Shown here: in pieces, positions 15,832 through 19,137 of the stretch | How the letters are laid out: the number at the start of each line of letters is the position of its first letter | Numbering within the stretch: the first letter of the stretch is position 1 | Assembly: GCA_051747805.1 (NCBI GenBank) | Contig: JBNJGP010000051.1 | Span: 1 to 19,137 of the forward strand | DNA length: 19,137 bases | Reading direction: 5' to 3' | DNA from: Candidatus Muiribacteriota bacterium | GTDB taxonomy: Bacteria; Muiribacteriota; Muiribacteriia; Muiribacteriales; Muiribacteriaceae | Notes under the pieces: model-generated | The model's database searches: none | The model's input: only the letters and a program-made list of their open reading frames with translations | What the model was told of the DNA's origin: nothing | Translations under genes and position numbers: made by a program

Positions 15832-16854
15832 TCAATAAATAACTGCATATTTATCTGGAATTTTAATAGTGAAACAGAAGTTTCCGTTTTTATTAATTTT
15901 GAGCAATACGTGACCATCAATTTCTTTTATTTCTTTTTCTAGGTTAAAAAGACCAATACCTCTTCCAGATAAAAAATCGCTGTCTTTTTTAGTAGTAAAC
16001 CCTTTTTGAAAAACTCTGGAACAGATTTCTTCAATTTCCTTTTTTAACTTTCCTTTTAAATTAATCCCTTTTCCGTCATCTGTAAAAGATAAAATCATAA
16101 AATCTTCATCACAGTTCAAAGTTAAATAAATATTCATTTTTTCTTTAAAAGAGTGGGACAGAGTGTTTTTTAGAAGCTCAAAAATCCAGTTATAAAACTT
16201 TTCATAAAAATTATAAAAAAATCTGAAATTATAAGGACATTCATTTTCAAATATTAAATTAAATTCTCTGTTAAACTCTTTTTGAAACTGATTTTTAAGT
16301 TTAAAAAAATCCTCTCTGAATTTTTCAAAATCAATAACCGTCATATACTGAAACTCATCAAAAAAATTAATCCAGTTTTCTTCATCTGCTTTACCTTCGT
16401 ATTTTAAAGCTCTCTTTAATCTAATCATTTTAAAATAAATATAGAATAATTGGGCATAGGACATACCATATTTAGATGAAGAATTTAAAAAATTCCAGTT
16501 TTTTTGTATATATCCATTAATTTTTAAAATTCTGCATGAATAATTTTCATCTACCTTCATAAAATAGAGACAAATAAAAAAAAATTTAAGATTGGGCAGG
16601 CAATTTTTTTTATTTTCTGATTTATCAAGTACTTCAAGAAATTCGGCCTCAATATTTTTATAGATTTTTACTATTTCATAATAATCAAATAAAATAGCCC
16701 CGCCTTTAATAATTCTGATTTGTATTGAAACCTCATTTTTCAAATCATTAAGCGGAATTTCTCCGGATTCATATTTTTCAATTAATGAAATTATTTTTTC
16801 AATATTTTTTTTGGTTTTTAAAATTATATTTGTGAAATTGTGTTTTAAGTCCAT
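15832..16854 (-). CDS. CheA-like ATP-binding protein with His-less Hpt and no CheW (P5) domain
   Basis: ELLKNTLSHS, DDGKGI, VFQKGFTTK and SGRGIGL match CheA P4; IRIIKGGA replaces HTIKGGA; ORF ends after P4. ATG at 16854 follows GGAG (ORF track starts at 16878). Confidence 0.8.
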   Translation of the reverse strand: MDLKHNFTNIILKTKKNIEKIISLIEKYESGEIPLNDLKNEVSIQIRIIKGGAILFDYYEIVKIYKNIEAEFLEVLDKSENKKNCLPNLKFFFICLYFMKVDENYSCRILKINGYIQKNWNFLNSSSKYGMSYAQLFYIYFKMIRLKRALKYEGKADEENWINFFDEFQYMTVIDFEKFREDFFKLKNQFQKEFNREFNLIFENECPYNFRFFYNFYEKFYNWIFELLKNTLSHSFKEKMNIYLTLNCDEDFMILSFTDDGKGINLKGKLKKEIEEICSRVFQKGFTTKKDSDFLSGRGIGLFNLEKEIKEIDGHVLLKINKNGNFCFTIKIPDKYAVIY

Positions 16855-16881
16855 AAATCTCCAGTTATTAATATGCAATTA

Positions 16882-17328
16882 TTAGAATTTTATATTTATT
16901 AAAGCTGGTTTATCTTCTATTAAAAAAAAACGGGTGTTTTTATCCTTAAATAATTTTTCAAAAAGTTCCTCTCTTCCGGTATTTATAACCGGAATTGAAA
17001 TATCATAAAGTTTTTCTTTACCAAAAAGCTCTGTCACAACTTTACCACAAAGCATATTGGCAATTTCCATAGTAGCGTCTTCAACATATGAAGGGTCAAA
17101 ATCCTCTTCATCTATTCCCATCATATTTATTGAAATATCTCTTGCAGTTTCATGGGTTAAAAGCATAAATACATCTCCGTTAACATCACCAGAGAAAGTA
17201 ATATATGTAATAAAAAAATCTTCATGTTTAAGACTTTCAAGCTGGTCTTTTTCTTCCAGCGGGTCTGCAAATGTAAATGCACTTTCCTCTAACACCTCTA
17301 TAAAAACCCTGTCAACAGTTTCAAACAT
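16882..17328 (-). CDS. cheX: CheX/CheC-family phosphatase
   Basis: ITFSGDVNG...DATMEIANMLCG (ExxN motif)...ISIP; adjacent to cheY. Confidence 0.8.
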   Translation of the reverse strand: MFETVDRVFIEVLEESAFTFADPLEEKDQLESLKHEDFFITYITFSGDVNGDVFMLLTHETARDISINMMGIDEEDFDPSYVEDATMEIANMLCGKVVTELFGKEKLYDISIPVINTGREELFEKLFKDKNTRFFLIEDKPALINIKF

Positions 17329-17349
17329 AAACTCTCCTTGAATATATTT

Positions 17350-17724
17350 TTAATTAACGACTTTTTGGATTATTTCACTTACCTGTTCTGGAGTAAATGG
17401 TTTTGTAAGGTAGGCTTTAACTCCCTTATGCTTAAATTCATTTTTTATAACTTCACTGCCCTTTGAAGTAACAATTACTACAGGAATATTTTTAATAGAA
17501 TCATCAGCATATAGTTTTTCAAGCATCTGTTCACCAGACATAACGGGCATATTTAAATCAGTAAAAATAACATCTACCTGATTTTTTTCTAAAATTTTTA
17601 AAGCTTCTCTGCCATTACCAGCCTCAAATATATTATCAAAATCAACATCTACCATACCAAATATTTTTTTCATAACAGCCCGCTGAGTTCTTGAGTCATC
17701 CACAAGAAGAATTTTATATCCCAT
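17350..17724 (-). CDS. cheY: CheY-like response regulator
   Basis: LLVDDS, FTDLNMPVMSG, VTS, KPFTPE; single domain within a che cluster. Confidence 0.88.
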   Translation of the reverse strand: MGYKILLVDDSRTQRAVMKKIFGMVDVDFDNIFEAGNGREALKILEKNQVDVIFTDLNMPVMSGEQMLEKLYADDSIKNIPVVIVTSKGSEVIKNEFKHKGVKAYLTKPFTPEQVSEIIQKVVN

Positions 17725-17736
17725 GAAATCGCCTCC

Positions 17737-18216
17737 TTAGATTTGATATTTCTGGTTTCCAGATTTCACAAACGTTTCCCCTGTTGCTATATTAAGCATT
17801 AATGTTCTTGCCTTGGCCCCGCCAATATCTTTTCCGGTTAATAAAATATTGTTTTTCCATAGTATTTTTCTTAAAATAGTGAAATTCCTGTCCCCTATAT
17901 TAAATTGAGAGGATTTAACAAGCGGCGCCCCACAACCTGCGGCTTTTACAAGCATATTTTTCTTTCTTGCGCCTTTATTGAAAAGTTTTGTAAAAAGCAG
18001 CGAAACACCGCTCTCAACAAACATACTGGGGTTCTTTTCAGCTTTTGCAGTATCTATTTTAACTGCTGGCAGCAGACAGTGAATAAGTCCTCCAATTTTC
18101 AAATTTGTATCATAAACAGTTAGGCCAAGACATGATCCAAGTGAATATGTGATTAAAACATCCTCAGTTTTTGAAGATATTTTCATATCTGAAATTCCAA
18201 CAATTAAATTACTCAA
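17737..18216 (-). CDS. cheD: Chemoreceptor glutamine deamidase CheD
   Basis: SLGSCLGLTVYD and GGLIHCLLP catalytic Cys/His, IGDRN, DIGG; TTG start after AAGGAG. Confidence 0.94.
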   Translation of the reverse strand: MSNLIVGISDMKISSKTEDVLITYSLGSCLGLTVYDTNLKIGGLIHCLLPAVKIDTAKAEKNPSMFVESGVSLLFTKLFNKGARKKNMLVKAAGCGAPLVKSSQFNIGDRNFTILRKILWKNNILLTGKDIGGAKARTLMLNIATGETFVKSGNQKYQI

Positions 18217-18234
18217 AAAAACTCCTTAGGCTTT

Positions 18235-18307
18235 AAGTTTTTAACTTCTTACTAAGAAAATGTTTTGCATTTTCTGCTCATCAGGAATATTTATATTCCG
18301 CTTACAA
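18235..18307. repeat. Degenerate linker-palindrome array D
   Basis: AAGTTtttAACTT / CTTACTA / AGAAAATGttttgCATTTTCT / GCTCATCA / GGAATATttATATTCC / GCTTACAA. Confidence 0.7.
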
Positions 18308-18322
18308 GAACCAACAATTCAC

Positions 18323-19135
18323 TTACTCCTTTTTATATACTGCTGGTCTCACAAGTTGATAAGTCATAAACTTACCCGCAAGACTTTCAGCATTTCCCAC
18401 AACAAAATATCCGCCTTTACAGAGTAAATCATACATTTTTTTAATAATTTCAAGCCTGGTTTCATTATCAAAATAAATCATTACGTTCCGGCATAAAATA
18501 AAATCTATTGGTCCTTTCAGTGGATATTTATAACTTTTTAAATTAAACTGCCGAAAAGTTACATACTTTTTCAGCTCATCAGAAACCTTATAAATAGTGC
18601 TTTTTCTATCACCATAACGTTTAAAATATTTGTTTCTGAACTCTGGAGAAATATTTTCAAGTTTTACCTTTTCATACTTGCCTTCAATCGCTTTTTCAAG
18701 CACAGTCGTAGAAATATCAGTTGCCAGAATTTTTATTTTACAATCAGGATAGTTCTTTTTTTTTATTAACTGATCGGCAACCATGGCAATGGTATAAGGC
18801 TCTTCCCCAGTTGAGCATGCCGCACACCATATTTTTATTTCTTTTAATTTAGCATCTATAAAATATTCAAGTCTTTCCTTTACAGCCTGAATACTTGCAC
18901 TCTCTCTGAAAAAGCTGGTTGTGTTTGTAGTAATAACGTCTATAAGGCAGTTGAGTTCGTTTTCTGATTTATCGTTTCTGAGATAACTCATATAATCTTC
19001 AAAGTCTTTTAGTTTAAGTGCACGGATTCGTTTGCTTATACGGGCACTTACAAGGGCTTCTTTGCCTGCTTTTAAGTTAATTCCACAACGGTCATAAACT
19101 ATATTACATATCTCAACAAAATCTGAATTTTTCAT
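18323..19135 (-). CDS. cheR: Chemotaxis protein-glutamate O-methyltransferase CheR
   Basis: TTNTTSFFRE, IWCAACSTGEEPYTIAM, ATDIS, CRNVMIYFD; start lies at the window edge and cannot be confirmed. Confidence 0.96.
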   Translation of the reverse strand: MKNSDFVEICNIVYDRCGINLKAGKEALVSARISKRIRALKLKDFEDYMSYLRNDKSENELNCLIDVITTNTTSFFRESASIQAVKERLEYFIDAKLKEIKIWCAACSTGEEPYTIAMVADQLIKKKNYPDCKIKILATDISTTVLEKAIEGKYEKVKLENISPEFRNKYFKRYGDRKSTIYKVSDELKKYVTFRQFNLKSYKYPLKGPIDFILCRNVMIYFDNETRLEIIKKMYDLLCKGGYFVVGNAESLAGKFMTYQLVRPAVYKKE

Positions 19136-19137
19136 TT

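Noticed and set aside
15736..15942. Plus-strand 68-aa ORF
   Set aside because: A translation of the heptamer repeat (HFSLLT/SPLTSH) that overlaps the CheA-like gene antisense.
905..18123. Remaining short plus-strand ORFs (905, 1524, 3996, 4829, 7060, 9959, 10529, 12005, 17057, 17905)
   Set aside because: All are antisense shadows of well-supported minus-strand genes, without motifs.

Overview
AT-rich bacterial window, probably from an anaerobe; every credible gene is on the minus strand. In transcription order (right to left): a chemotaxis-like cluster (cheR, cheD, cheY, cheX-like, and a CheA-like ATPase lacking its Hpt histidine); a five-gene flavin/Fe-S amino-acid oxidoreductase operon resembling archaeal heterotetrameric dye-linked L-proline dehydrogenase with a split alpha subunit; pyruvate:ferredoxin oxidoreductase; a receiver protein, a second more degenerate CheA-like protein and a histidine kinase; a secreted S8 peptidase; two TPR-like proteins; a divergent Hfq-like protein; maf; and a membrane-anchored beta-sandwich protein. 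The most unusual signal is non-coding. Four intergenic regions (1-74, 11849-11969, 13434-13676, 18235-18307) hold arrays in which short palindromes of DIFFERENT sequence (mostly 13 or 16 nt) alternate with a near-CONSTANT 6-8 nt linker with a T(T/C)AC core, the inverse of CRISPR architecture. Two copies 13.4 kb apart differ by a compensatory base-pair change. REP-like GGGTCTG.GCCGA palindromes and a 7-/10-mer pyrimidine tract share words with these arrays. No transposase, cas gene or reverse transcriptase is visible. All calls are from reading by eye; no database search was run, so novelty is unverified.
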